Positions 26,833-35,222 of a stretch of DNA of 39,945 nt are shown here, piece after piece. Origin of the DNA: a virus; IMG/VR virus record IMGVR_UViG_3300025015_000006; one strand, written 5' to 3'. The translations under genes were made by a program, and so were the position numbers. How positions within the stretch are numbered: the first letter of the stretch is position 1; each line of letters starts with the position of its first letter. Under the pieces are notes generated by a model. It did no database searches and was not told the origin of the DNA. It worked only from the letters and a program-made list of their open reading frames with translations.

Positions 26833-26992
26833 ACTTAAAATATTTTAATTTATAATTCCCTAACTAATTAAAGGGTTAAAAGCTGGGGTTTAGTGGGCAA
26901 TATCATGCTTCGCAACCTGATAACCTCTTCAGCACCTAATGTCCCAGCTTTCAATCCTCTAATTTTCAAAGTTCCCTACCCTTGTGAGGGGG

Positions 26993-27400
26993 TTATTTAT
27001 AATATTTTATATAATCTTTTCTTAATTGGGTTTTTGTGTATCTTGGTTTATTATTTTTTATGTATTCAATATCATTAAGTATTCCACAAATTTTACTAAC
27101 TCCATTTTGAAATAAATACTCAAAATCAGAACCCTTTTCTTTTTTCATTCCTAAATATAAATTATCTTGTAAAACTAACTTGTAGGCTAATTTATATGTT
27201 TCTTTTGGAACTCCATAAGTAAAATTACCAAAAGCATCTTTATCTTTACTTCCATGAAAACAACCAGCCCAATAAGTAGGATTGTGAGAATTATCAACTG
27301 TTTTTATAGGAACAATTTTTCTACCACATCTATCACAAACATTATTTACTTGGTCTATATGTTTTTGACATTGTTTTTTTGTAACTTGATACTTTTTCAT
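26993..27400 (-). CDS. Hypothetical protein (CDRCGRK Zn-binding motif)
   Basis: 135-aa ORF. Confidence 0.6.
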   Translation of the reverse strand: MKKYQVTKKQCQKHIDQVNNVCDRCGRKIVPIKTVDNSHNPTYWAGCFHGSKDKDAFGNFTYGVPKETYKLAYKLVLQDNLYLGMKKEKGSDFEYLFQNGVSKICGILNDIEYIKNNKPRYTKTQLRKDYIKYYK

Positions 27401-27404
27401 ATTA

Positions 27405-27599
27405 TTATGTTTGTTTATATAATTTCATAATCCTTTTTGCATTTTCAATTTCTTCTATTTTTCTTAATATCAAACCATAAGAACCATTAAGTAATTCGGT
27501 CGGAACTTCAAGATTTATATCACACAAGATAGATTTCTTGTGAACTTTAAAGAGGTTTCTATCTTTAACTCTAAATTTTATTGACCATTCATTTTTCAT
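27405..27599 (-). CDS. Hypothetical protein
   Basis: 64-aa ORF overlapping the upstream gene by 4 nt. Confidence 0.5.
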   Translation of the reverse strand: MKNEWSIKFRVKDRNLFKVHKKSILCDINLEVPTELLNGSYGLILRKIEEIENAKRIMKLYKQT

Positions 27600-27796
27600 A
27601 TTTTTATGTTTTGGGGGGGAACTTTTAACTTACTATAATCTTCAAACTTAAATACACCGCCTCCACAATAAGGACAAGGTGTATCGGATGTTTCTTTCTC
27701 GCATCTAAAACAAATCCTTTTAGACTGTTTTTCTTGGGGTAATAATAAAGTTCCTTTATTTTTATAAAAAGATTGTGTTTTATTATAAGTATTCAT
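27596..27796 (-). CDS. Zn-ribbon protein
   Basis: 66 aa. CFRCEKETSDTPCPYCGG. Confidence 0.55.
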   Translation of the reverse strand: MNTYNKTQSFYKNKGTLLLPQEKQSKRICFRCEKETSDTPCPYCGGGVFKFEDYSKLKVPPQNIKI

Positions 27797-27835
27797 ATTT
27801 ATAAATCCTCAATATTTTTATAACTTTTAACTTTC

Positions 27836-28030
27836 TCACCTATTTTTATTACCCATTGTTATTTTCATACCATTTTCAAAAGTATATTCTATCCACCCAT
27901 CTGTCGTTTTATACCAATTTTCAGAGGTAATAATTCCTACTATTTTTAATAATTTTCCTTGAAAAACAACATATTGTCCATCCAAACCGTTAATTATATC
28001 CATATAAATAAATAATTTATAAACCCTCAA
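27836..28030 (-). CDS. Hypothetical protein (the ATG at 28003 may be the true start)
   Basis: ORF track. The TTG start overlaps the upstream gene; an internal ATG gives MDIINGLDGQYVVF... Confidence 0.45.
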   Translation of the reverse strand: MRVYKLFIYMDIINGLDGQYVVFQGKLLKIVGIITSENWYKTTDGWIEYTFENGMKITMGNKNR

Positions 28031-28265
28031 TATTTTTTAATAGTTTTTTTCTAAATGATTTCCAATCTTCATGAGAAATAACCAATTCATAATTGCCTTC
28101 TTCCCAACTTCCTAACTTTTCTATTTTGTTTATTTCCTCCTTCATCTGTTGCTTAAAGAGGGAGAGAAGAGTATCAGCCCAAAATCCACATTGTCCTTCA
28201 AACAATTTTCCTTTGAAAACTCCATTACCTAATATCTCAATTATTTCTTCTCTTAAGTTCTTCAT
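28017..28265 (-). CDS. Hypothetical protein (MKNLREEI N-terminus)
   Basis: 82-aa ORF. It shares its first 8 codons and upstream bases with the next gene upstream. Confidence 0.55.
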   Translation of the reverse strand: MKNLREEIIEILGNGVFKGKLFEGQCGFWADTLLSLFKQQMKEEINKIEKLGSWEEGNYELVISHEDWKSFRKKLLKNIEGL

Positions 28266-28429
28266 AATTTGTGTTTTTCAAAAAGTTTTAATAATCTATT
28301 TATACTTTCTTTTGTTAATGTTCCTGAGTCAATTTCGCTAATATCTTTAACTGATTGGGCTTCTTGAAGCACGGTGCGAACTTTGAAAGTCAGTATCATA
28401 TTTTCTATTTCTTCTCTTAAGTTCTTCAT
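28262..28429 (-). CDS. Small hypothetical protein (55 aa, MKNLREEI N-terminus)
   Basis: Hand-found, with an ATGA overlap onto 28265. Its 5' end is a 28-nt exact repeat of the neighbour's 5' end. Confidence 0.45.
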   Translation of the reverse strand: MKNLREEIENMILTFKVRTVLQEAQSVKDISEIDSGTLTKESINRLLKLFEKHKL

Positions 28430-28435
28430 AATTAT

Positions 28436-28585
28436 TTATCCGAATAATAACTTACTCCATTTATAATAGAATTGAAATGCTTGTTTTTCTTTAGGGTTTA
28501 ATCGTTCGTAAAGGTTTTTTGCTCTTATAACGGGTCTATCACAAAGCAAAGTCATTTTCATTTTCCATTCATTTTGTTTCTTCAT
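28436..28585 (-). CDS. Small hypothetical protein (49 aa)
   Basis: Hand-found: MKKQNEWKMKMTLLCDRPVIRAKNLYERLNPKEKQ... Confidence 0.35.
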   Translation of the reverse strand: MKKQNEWKMKMTLLCDRPVIRAKNLYERLNPKEKQAFQFYYKWSKLLFG

Positions 28586-28588
28586 AAT

Positions 28589-28894
28589 TTATTTAGAATT
28601 TATAACTTTTACTAATTCATCTATTAACTGTTGGGGATAGCCTGAATATAATTGCTTACTTCTTTTATCAGTTGTAAAATATTTTGGAATTTCGTTTCCA
28701 ATATAAAGTATTCTATTTCTTAAAACTTCCTCTATTTGCTCCTCTATCCTTACTTTCTTTTCTTTAGGTTTTGGGGATTTATTTAACCATACTTCTGATT
28801 TCGTATGGATTGGACAATCAGTTTTCCAAAATCTTACCTTACCGTCAGACGCATATTTTATTTCACATTTACATTTCTTTTCTTTAGTCTTCAT
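28589..28894 (-). CDS. Hypothetical protein
   Basis: 101-aa ORF (CKCEIKY...DCPIH). Confidence 0.55.
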   Translation of the reverse strand: MKTKEKKCKCEIKYASDGKVRFWKTDCPIHTKSEVWLNKSPKPKEKKVRIEEQIEEVLRNRILYIGNEIPKYFTTDKRSKQLYSGYPQQLIDELVKVINSK

Positions 28895-28915
28895 ATTTGC
28901 TAAAACTAATAATGG

Positions 28916-29101
28916 TTATTTAATATCTTTCCATTTATGACCTTTAGAACATTCATATTCAGTTGTTGTATGGTTTGGGTCTTTATCATGTAAAATTCCG
29001 TCTTTATCATAATATTGTTGCCAACCCAATAAAGTTCTTGTTGACATTCCAATATAAATCTCTGACTTATCTCCTTTTTTTTGACATTCAGGACATTTCA
29101 T
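28916..29101 (-). CDS. Zn-ribbon protein
   Basis: 61 aa. MKCPECQKKG...YECSKGHKW. Confidence 0.55.
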   Translation of the reverse strand: MKCPECQKKGDKSEIYIGMSTRTLLGWQQYYDKDGILHDKDPNHTTTEYECSKGHKWKDIK

Positions 29102-29173
29102 ATTACGCTTTTGACCTCCATGAACTTATAAAAATTAATAATCCAATAGTTATGATAATGGTTAGTGCTTCTA

Positions 29174-29347
29174 TCATTTTAGTATTTTAAGTTTGGTAAC
29201 TTTTAACTTTCTTATTGGTGTTAGGTCAGGTAAATCTGTTGGTATCATCTGGAAACTCTTTAACCAACATTCTGTTCTATGCATTGCTACCCCATCGCAA
29301 TACTTACACTCACGAACTTCCTTTAATTCTTTTTTACTTAGCTTCAT
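29174..29347 (-). CDS. Small hypothetical protein (57 aa)
   Basis: Hand-found: MKLSKKELKEVRECKYCDGVAMHRTECW... Preceded by the TATAATACTGTATAAT motif. Confidence 0.4.
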   Translation of the reverse strand: MKLSKKELKEVRECKYCDGVAMHRTECWLKSFQMIPTDLPDLTPIRKLKVTKLKILK

Positions 29348-29401
29348 ACTTACTATTATACAGTATTATATACCTAAATGTTGTTGATATTATTATAGGA
29401 C

Positions 29402-29935
29402 TCATATAGGAACATCATCAGGATTTACTCTCTCTTCTATAGTTCTAGCCCCAATCCTTTTGTAAGGCTCTGTTCTAGTGTACCCCCTAGTGTCCTTAAC
29501 AATAACAATATCCATATCAATAACAATAACCTCATTACCTTTCTTGTTTTTAATAGTGGGAATGTAGTCTAGTTTAAGAGTGTGGAAGAAATAATTAAGG
29601 ATTTCTTGGGGTATAGCATTGAAATCTTTAAGGTAAGTTTCTAAAACATTAGTAACAGTTGAAAAATGATTATGTTCTGAAAAGTTATTAACAAACACCC
29701 AACCTTTATAGAAAGCATATTTATTGTCTTTTTGTAGTTTCTCTTTCATTATTGATAACTGTTCTATACTAGCCCCTAGACTAGAACAGATTATCACATC
29801 AGGTAATTCATATATACCGACCATATTAACCTTAGAATTAGTAAATAGATACAAGAAGAGTAATTTTTCCTCATTAGAAAGTCCTAGTATATAACCATCT
29901 TCCCAAAAATTAGAATTTATTTTTCGGTATTTCAT
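29402..29935 (-). CDS. Replisome-organizer / replication-initiator-like protein (putative)
   Basis: 177 aa. The N-terminus INSNFWEDGYILGLSNEEKLLFLYLFTNSKVNMVGIYEL resembles phage replisome organizer N-domains; this is from memory. Confidence 0.35.
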   Translation of the reverse strand: MKYRKINSNFWEDGYILGLSNEEKLLFLYLFTNSKVNMVGIYELPDVIICSSLGASIEQLSIMKEKLQKDNKYAFYKGWVFVNNFSEHNHFSTVTNVLETYLKDFNAIPQEILNYFFHTLKLDYIPTIKNKKGNEVIVIDMDIVIVKDTRGYTRTEPYKRIGARTIEERVNPDDVPI

Positions 29936-29955
29936 TAATTTAATTTAATATAAAC

Positions 29956-30228
29956 TTATAGATTATTTTTTCTCATCTCATCTTCTCTTACCCATAAAGC
30001 TAAATCATCAATTTCTAATCCAAACTCTAGATAAGCGTCCAATAATTCTTCATAATGTTGTTTGTCTGTATTTTCAAGCGAGAATTTTTTATCAAATTGA
30101 GTTATACGCCAAGATAATTTTTGAATATCACGAAGAACATTACGAAGTTTTTCTAAATATTTATACTTGTCTATATCGGAAGTTAACTTTTTGAAAGCGT
30201 CTTTTTGGTAGTCTAAATTTGTCGCCAT
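29956..30228 (-). CDS. Hypothetical protein
   Basis: 90-aa ORF. Confidence 0.55.
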   Translation of the reverse strand: MATNLDYQKDAFKKLTSDIDKYKYLEKLRNVLRDIQKLSWRITQFDKKFSLENTDKQHYEELLDAYLEFGLEIDDLALWVREDEMRKNNL

Positions 30229-30345
30229 ATTGAATTTAATTTAATTTATTACTATAGTCGTTCCTCAAACTTAGGGACAAGCTGAAATCAATGAAATCTA
30301 CTTAGCCCCTAAATTTCAATCCCGATATATTATCCTACTCTTTGT

Positions 30346-30711
30346 TTATATTTTTGTCAAATCCATTTGTTTAGGCTTGTTAAGATTTTTCCAAGCCTCT
30401 AACATAGCTAATTTACCGTCCATAGTTGCTTCTTTTGGTACTTCTTTCATTGGCTCCCACTTATAATCCCATAGATAATACTTCTGCCCTGCTTTAATAT
30501 TCTTACCGTCATATTTAGCTGTTTGTACATAGGGAGATATTCTATATGGAGTCTTGCTATTTATTCTCATTTTCTGTCCTCGCATAGCATAAGGAACCAA
30601 ATCCCCGTCTAATGTTATTTCAACCACCTCATGTCTTTTATTAGCCAACTCCATAACAAAAGACCTTACAGACGCAAACCCGTTATAATATTTCTCACAG
30701 GTGTAAATCAT
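30346..30711 (-). CDS. Hypothetical protein
   Basis: 121-aa ORF, overlapping the exonuclease gene end. Confidence 0.55.
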   Translation of the reverse strand: MIYTCEKYYNGFASVRSFVMELANKRHEVVEITLDGDLVPYAMRGQKMRINSKTPYRISPYVQTAKYDGKNIKAGQKYYLWDYKWEPMKEVPKEATMDGKLAMLEAWKNLNKPKQMDLTKI

Positions 30712-31399
30712 TTAAAAACTTTCTCCATTCCTTAACCTTTTCATAAACCTCATCAATCGCTTTTTGGTCAAACTCAAAATCAAATATCTTAACCCTCTTT
30801 TCTTCTGGTATATCTCCAAACTTCATGTTCTTAATAATCTCCTGTTCCTTTTCCTTGTATTCGGCACTCTCTGGGTCGTGTTGGAATGAAAACCTGTACA
30901 GTTCATCTCTTATAAAGCTATCAGGAGTATCCACAAGACAATAGGCAATATGCCCACTCTTAGCCCCAACAAGCGCCATATAACCCAAGAGCTGGTAGTA
31001 GTAGGTCTTTTTAGCTTTATCAAAATCAGATTGAACGTATGAGAGCAAATCCCAACTTGTCTTTATATCCCAAATAGCCGTATCCCTAATATCGGGAGTA
31101 CCAGTAATGTAGTCATTCTTTAATAACTCTGTATTTTTAACAAAACTACTCGCCAATTTCTTATTTAACAAATCAATACTATCCTGTTCACAGATAATCC
31201 CTTTCTCTGTAAACTTTGTAGTTACATCACGGGCTCTGCCATACTCACTCTCTATCCAAATCTTGGTAAGCTCTGTCTTACAGGTTTCAGATAACTCTCC
31301 CTTAACTCTACTCTTTGTGGTCAATAAAGGGAGCATTGAGCAATGAAACAAATATTTATCGTATTTCATATTAGTTTGTTTTCTTTTTCCATTCCTCAT
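30695..31399 (-). CDS. YqaJ/lambda-exonuclease-like PD-(D/E)XK recombination exonuclease
   Basis: 234 aa. ITGTPDIRDTAIWDIKTSWD (D...D-x-K) and YYYQLLGYMAL. Confidence 0.55.
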   Translation of the reverse strand: MRNGKRKQTNMKYDKYLFHCSMLPLLTTKSRVKGELSETCKTELTKIWIESEYGRARDVTTKFTEKGIICEQDSIDLLNKKLASSFVKNTELLKNDYITGTPDIRDTAIWDIKTSWDLLSYVQSDFDKAKKTYYYQLLGYMALVGAKSGHIAYCLVDTPDSFIRDELYRFSFQHDPESAEYKEKEQEIIKNMKFGDIPEEKRVKIFDFEFDQKAIDEVYEKVKEWRKFLNDLHL

Positions 31400-31577
31400 T
31401 ATCTAAGGTTAATGGTGTTTTATAATTTATCTTACAATTTTCACATCTCATAAATCCGCTTAACATTTCTTTATATTCTTTTTTTAGATATTTAACTGTT
31501 CTATCTTTTACAAGCGGAAATCCGCATTTAGGACAAAAACTAACATTCATATTAGAAATTAGGATTATCCGCTTCAA
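31371..31577 (-). CDS. Zn-ribbon protein
   Basis: 68 aa. CPKCGF...CENCK. Confidence 0.5.
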   Translation of the reverse strand: MKRIILISNMNVSFCPKCGFPLVKDRTVKYLKKEYKEMLSGFMRCENCKINYKTPLTLDNEEWKKKTN

Positions 31578-31989
31578 ATGCTGTAACGGTTTTACTTGCG
31601 TTCCATTTAGCTTTTTGTACTTTAGCGTCCTCTAAGTTTTTACCCCAAGCTATAAAATCACAGCCAGAGCTTGTCTTAGTTGTAAAATCATACTTGCTAT
31701 TCTCACACTTACACATATCTTTACCAGTTTTAGTTACCATATGATATAAGCGACCACTATCTTTAGGGCAAATATCTCCTGTGTACTCTTTTTCTTTCTT
31801 TGGAAACCCACCACCAAATGACTTAACCTGTGGCTTAAACCCAACCTCGGTAAAATGTTTATCAACCGCCACAACCAAGCTAACTAAATCCTTAGTAGCT
31901 TTAATATCACCCTCTCTAATTGTAAACAGTACGTTAAACCCACCAAGCGTGGTCATACTGAAAGTTGCGGAATTTTTTGGTTCTTCCAT
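31552..31989 (-). CDS. Hypothetical protein, possible recombination partner (the track start 32019 is probably too far upstream)
   Basis: ATG at 31989 (MEEPKNSATF...) lies just after the stop of the upstream gene at 31991. It has a Cys cluster and is adjacent to the exonuclease. Confidence 0.5.
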   Translation of the reverse strand: MEEPKNSATFSMTTLGGFNVLFTIREGDIKATKDLVSLVVAVDKHFTEVGFKPQVKSFGGGFPKKEKEYTGDICPKDSGRLYHMVTKTGKDMCKCENSKYDFTTKTSSGCDFIAWGKNLEDAKVQKAKWNASKTVTAFEADNPNF

Positions 31990-31990
31990 A

Positions 31991-32332
31991 TTATTTATCA
32001 AATTTATTTTTAATAGCATTTATAATTTCTTCCATTCTATCTCTATAAAAATCTTCAAATGTTCCTTTTTTTCCTCTTTGTTCCCAAAGTATAAAAAGAA
32101 CAGAGCGAAGTCTTTGACTTTGTGTTTTCTGTGATATTTCACTCTTAACTTCGTGTGGAGGCTCTTTGGTTGTTAGTGGGTCAAAAAGAGTTTCGCACTC
32201 AATTCCTTGTAATCTCATAAATTCGGCACTTTCCTCAACTGTTAATTCTGGCGTTGAAATACTGAGTCCAAGAGAATGGTCGACCTTACTTCTAATTGAA
32301 GTTATTATAGTTTTTAGATGAATAGCTTTCAT
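31991..32332 (-). CDS. Hypothetical protein
   Basis: 113-aa ORF. Confidence 0.55.
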   Translation of the reverse strand: MKAIHLKTIITSIRSKVDHSLGLSISTPELTVEESAEFMRLQGIECETLFDPLTTKEPPHEVKSEISQKTQSQRLRSVLFILWEQRGKKGTFEDFYRDRMEEIINAIKNKFDK

Positions 32333-32337
32333 AACTA

Positions 32338-32502
32338 TTATTTATTTAAAACTTTTAATTTTTTCAACTCTTTCTCAATTTTATATTTTGAGAGTATTCC
32401 ATAAACATAGCTTGAATAAGTACCCAATTCTTTTGTTATTTCAATCGGTGTCTTTCCCGCCTCTGTCATCTCTATTATTTTTGATTTCAAAGATTGTTTC
32501 AT
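32338..32502 (-). CDS. Small HTH DNA-binding protein (54 aa)
   Basis: Hand-found: MKQSLKSKIIEMTEAGKTPIEITKELGTYSSYVYGILSKYK, a resolvase/Hin-type HTH pattern. Confidence 0.5.
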   Translation of the reverse strand: MKQSLKSKIIEMTEAGKTPIEITKELGTYSSYVYGILSKYKIEKELKKLKVLNK

Positions 32503-32547
32503 TTCTTTTTTTATTTATTAACTTTTAATTATATAAAGTATACAGTA

Positions 32548-32772
32548 TTATACTGATAATTTCAACTCGTTATACAGCTCAACTAAACCCTTAATAGCGT
32601 TCAATATCTTTTCCCGTATATTTCCCGCAAGGGGGCTTGACAGCTTGACAAACTTACTCTTGCCTGTTAGCCTTAAAGTGTTCTTTTCTTTTTCTCTTTT
32701 TCTTTTGTTTAGGTAATCATCATCAATACATAAATACAATACACCATTTAATAATAAATAAGGATATTTCAT
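32548..32772 (-). CDS. Hypothetical protein
   Basis: 74-aa ORF. Confidence 0.5.
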   Translation of the reverse strand: MKYPYLLLNGVLYLCIDDDYLNKRKREKEKNTLRLTGKSKFVKLSSPLAGNIREKILNAIKGLVELYNELKLSV

Positions 32773-33398
32773 AGATTTTCATAACTTATAGAATAATTAC
32801 ACATTGGTTGTCTTATACCTGTATTCCATAGGCACAAAGCTTCATTCAAATTCTTATCAGGGTTCATCTTAGAAAGCCAAAACTCGGCACGTTCAACAGC
32901 TTTCGTAAAGCTTTCATAACAAATCACTTGCCCCTCGTTCATTACCCCAAACCCTCCCCAACCCTTATTATTTAATCTACAACCGTCAGCCTTTCCCCAA
33001 GTACTTTCAAGTCCGTATATCTTCCATAATATCGCCCCATGTTTTTGGGCTAAAATTTGTTCTTTTTCGGTTAAAGGTACAGGGATAGCTTGACTTAGTA
33101 CAACAGGGCTTTTAACCCTATCAGACGCCTGTATTTTCACGCTTTTAGCTCTTTTCTCTATCCTTACAGGGGCTTGTAATTTAATGATAATCGGGAATTG
33201 AAACAAAACCCTGTTCTCGTCATACCAACGGCTTACGTTCATAAAAGCCAAAAACATACCAATAACAAACAACCCAACACCAAGAGCTACCGCATAAACT
33301 TTCAATCTCTTTATAAACTTTTTCCCTTTTCTCTCTATTTCTCCCGCTTTCTTTTCTACTTTCTTTGTTAAAAAGTTATTCATATGTTCTCCTTTCAT
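32769..33398 (-). CDS. Membrane-anchored lytic-transglycosylase-like protein (putative)
   Basis: 209 aa with an N-terminal TM (VYAVALGVGLFVIGMFLAF). The catalytic-looking segment is ILWKIYGLESTWGKADGC...GWGGFGV. Confidence 0.35.
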   Translation of the reverse strand: MKGEHMNNFLTKKVEKKAGEIERKGKKFIKRLKVYAVALGVGLFVIGMFLAFMNVSRWYDENRVLFQFPIIIKLQAPVRIEKRAKSVKIQASDRVKSPVVLSQAIPVPLTEKEQILAQKHGAILWKIYGLESTWGKADGCRLNNKGWGGFGVMNEGQVICYESFTKAVERAEFWLSKMNPDKNLNEALCLWNTGIRQPMCNYSISYENL

Positions 33399-33400
33399 AA

Positions 33401-33595
33401 TTAATTGCTAATTCTTCCATGAAACTTCATGAAACTTTTAATTACTTTCCCGTATTCGTTCCCAAAATCAATAAAATCATCAGCACTCAAATCCATTAAC
33501 CAATCTTCATAATCATCAGGCATTAAGTCATCAGTACCTGTGTACTGGTCAGCGTGTTTTTTCCGTAAAAAGTCCTCAAAGTCTTTGTATTTCAT
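33401..33595 (-). CDS. Small acidic hypothetical protein
   Basis: 64-aa ORF. Confidence 0.5.
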   Translation of the reverse strand: MKYKDFEDFLRKKHADQYTGTDDLMPDDYEDWLMDLSADDFIDFGNEYGKVIKSFMKFHGRISN

Positions 33596-33837
33596 TTTGA
33601 CACCCCCTCATCAAAAGTGCCATTCTCAAAATTTCTATCAAAATTGTAGTCCATTCGGTCTAATTCTTCCATTCTTGCTTCTTCGTCATTTTCTCTTTTT
33701 ACTTCTTCCATATATTCGTTATCAGTAAAATTATCTTCACTCATATCAAGGACTATTCCCCCGCATTTATCACATCTAAAATCAAACCCAACCTTTGACA
33801 TAGTTGTTATACTATGTTTACATTTTTTTGTATTCAT
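33592..33837 (-). CDS. Zn-ribbon protein with an acidic tail
   Basis: 81 aa. CKHS...CDKCGG, then a D/E-rich stretch. Confidence 0.5.
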   Translation of the reverse strand: MNTKKCKHSITTMSKVGFDFRCDKCGGIVLDMSEDNFTDNEYMEEVKRENDEEARMEELDRMDYNFDRNFENGTFDEGVSK

Positions 33838-33968
33838 ATTTTTTCTGTTAAATCTTTTATAATTTTTTCTAACTTTTTAATATGTCCCATTAATAAATCA
33901 ACCTTACCTTCTAAAATTTCAATCTGTTGTTCAAGATTTTCAATAATCATTCTATCTATTGTTTTCAT
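33834..33968 (-). CDS. Small coiled-coil protein (44 aa)
   Basis: Hand-found, with ATGA overlaps at both ends. MKTIDRMIIENLEQQIEILEGKVDLLMGHIKKLEKIIKDL. Confidence 0.4.
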   Translation of the reverse strand: MKTIDRMIIENLEQQIEILEGKVDLLMGHIKKLEKIIKDLTEKI

Positions 33969-34156
33969 ACTTTTATTCCTGTTACTTTTTCAAGTAACGA
34001 AAATTCTTTGTCATTTAACTTATAATTGGAAACATCAACCGCATTAAACTTTCTCATAATGTAACGACTCCACATTTTGAAACGTAACCCCTTTTGAAAA
34101 TCCGAACAATCATCACTCTTATACAGCCAATCAATCATTTTTTTAGTTGATTTCAT
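33965..34156 (-). CDS. Hypothetical protein
   Basis: 63-aa ORF. Confidence 0.5.
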   Translation of the reverse strand: MKSTKKMIDWLYKSDDCSDFQKGLRFKMWSRYIMRKFNAVDVSNYKLNDKEFSLLEKVTGIKV

Positions 34157-34380
34157 ATTCCATTTAGTTTTAATTTATAATTATCAAACCGTTCTTTTGC
34201 TTTTTCTTTTTCTTCTTTCCTTACTTCCTTTTTCTTTTCTTCCAGGCTTTCAAGCTCTCTAAATACTTCATCAATATCCACCCCGTCTAAGTCGTAAATC
34301 TTCATATATTTTTTGTGAGATATTAATCTCAATTTATAATTTCTAACTTTCAGAGCTTTATGCTTATCCATAAAGCCCAT
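34153..34380 (-). CDS. Hypothetical charged protein
   Basis: 75-aa ORF. Confidence 0.5.
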   Translation of the reverse strand: MGFMDKHKALKVRNYKLRLISHKKYMKIYDLDGVDIDEVFRELESLEEKKKEVRKEEKEKAKERFDNYKLKLNGI

Positions 34381-34390
34381 AAGCTATTAA

Positions 34391-34720
34391 TTAATATATT
34401 GATATGCTATTTCGTGTATAGTCATTATCTACTATCTTTTCTTTGCTTAAATATATTGTGTTCCCTCTTGGGTCAGTCTGAAAATATATTTCAAGTTTTA
34501 AGCGTCTCGCTAATGCCTCCGCTTTTATGTATAACGGTCTTACCTGTTGTTCGTACTCTATTTCGTCAATCTCACCATTACAAGATTGAACATAAATATT
34601 ACATAGCTTCTGACCTAATCGCCTAAAAGCGTTATAGTCAAGCTCTCTAATTGATAACTTTTCACAAACCGCCAACCTATACTCGTTATATTGTTCCCTC
34701 TCAGTTTTAGAGTAGGTCAT
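34391..34720 (-). CDS. Hypothetical protein
   Basis: 109-aa ORF. Confidence 0.55.
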   Translation of the reverse strand: MTYSKTEREQYNEYRLAVCEKLSIRELDYNAFRRLGQKLCNIYVQSCNGEIDEIEYEQQVRPLYIKAEALARRLKLEIYFQTDPRGNTIYLSKEKIVDNDYTRNSISIY

Positions 34721-34837
34721 ATAATTAAAATATAAATTTATAATAACCGAATATCAACCAAGTAAAAATACTTCGTTGATATCTGATTATTAACACCTTA
34801 AACAAGACGGGAATTATTTCCCGCTTGTCCTCTATTA

Positions 34838-35077
34838 TTAAAATGTAAAGAAAAATCCAAGCTCATCCGTTTTAGGAGAAATCCATTTTTCGTGGGTAAT
34901 ATATGGCTCTTTATGATTTTGATTTAATCCCCAACCATTATTACAATGTCTATCTATTTCCCCAACAGGATTACTTTTTACAATCCATTTTTCTTTACAA
35001 CATCTACAAGTTATAACCCAATAACGAGGTTGCTTTTTTCGTTTATGAGAATATAAACAAGTTCTATATTTCCACAT
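34838..35077 (-). CDS. Hypothetical Cys-rich protein; first gene of the leftward block
   Basis: 79-aa ORF (CRCCKEKW...HCNNGW). Confidence 0.5.
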   Translation of the reverse strand: MWKYRTCLYSHKRKKQPRYWVITCRCCKEKWIVKSNPVGEIDRHCNNGWGLNQNHKEPYITHEKWISPKTDELGFFFTF

Positions 35078-35192
35078 AGATAACCAAGACTACGCCAATT
35101 TATAATAAAGGGCGAAGGTGTCTTGTCTAAAGTGTTAAACCTAATTGTTAAAGTGCTTATATTTATTTAATCCTGTACCTTGATGATACAGT

Positions 35193-35222
35193 ATACAATA
35201 TACTTATGTCAAGAGTATTTAA
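35193..35222 (-). promoter_or_regulatory. Leftward early promoter candidate
   Basis: On the - strand, TTGACA (rc of 35217-35222), 18 nt, TATCAT (rc of 35193-35198). The -10 overlaps one of two ATACTGTATCA repeats. Confidence 0.45.

Noticed and set aside
26878-26951. A possible tRNA formed by the AAAGCTGGG/CCCAGCTTT stem.
   Set aside because: On either strand the interior lacks a T arm (no UUCRANY loop with a 5-bp stem), a D arm or a 7-nt anticodon loop at the required spacing.
25651-34626. Plus-strand track ORFs inside the leftward operon: 25651-25905, 26893-27078, 28093-28341, 28963-29190, 29193-29409, 31781-32134, 33540-33728, 33814-34047, 34360-34626.
   Set aside because: They run against a tightly packed, overlap-coupled minus-strand gene chain. 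They translate to Phe/Leu/Ile/Ser-rich strings typical of the antisense of A-rich coding DNA.
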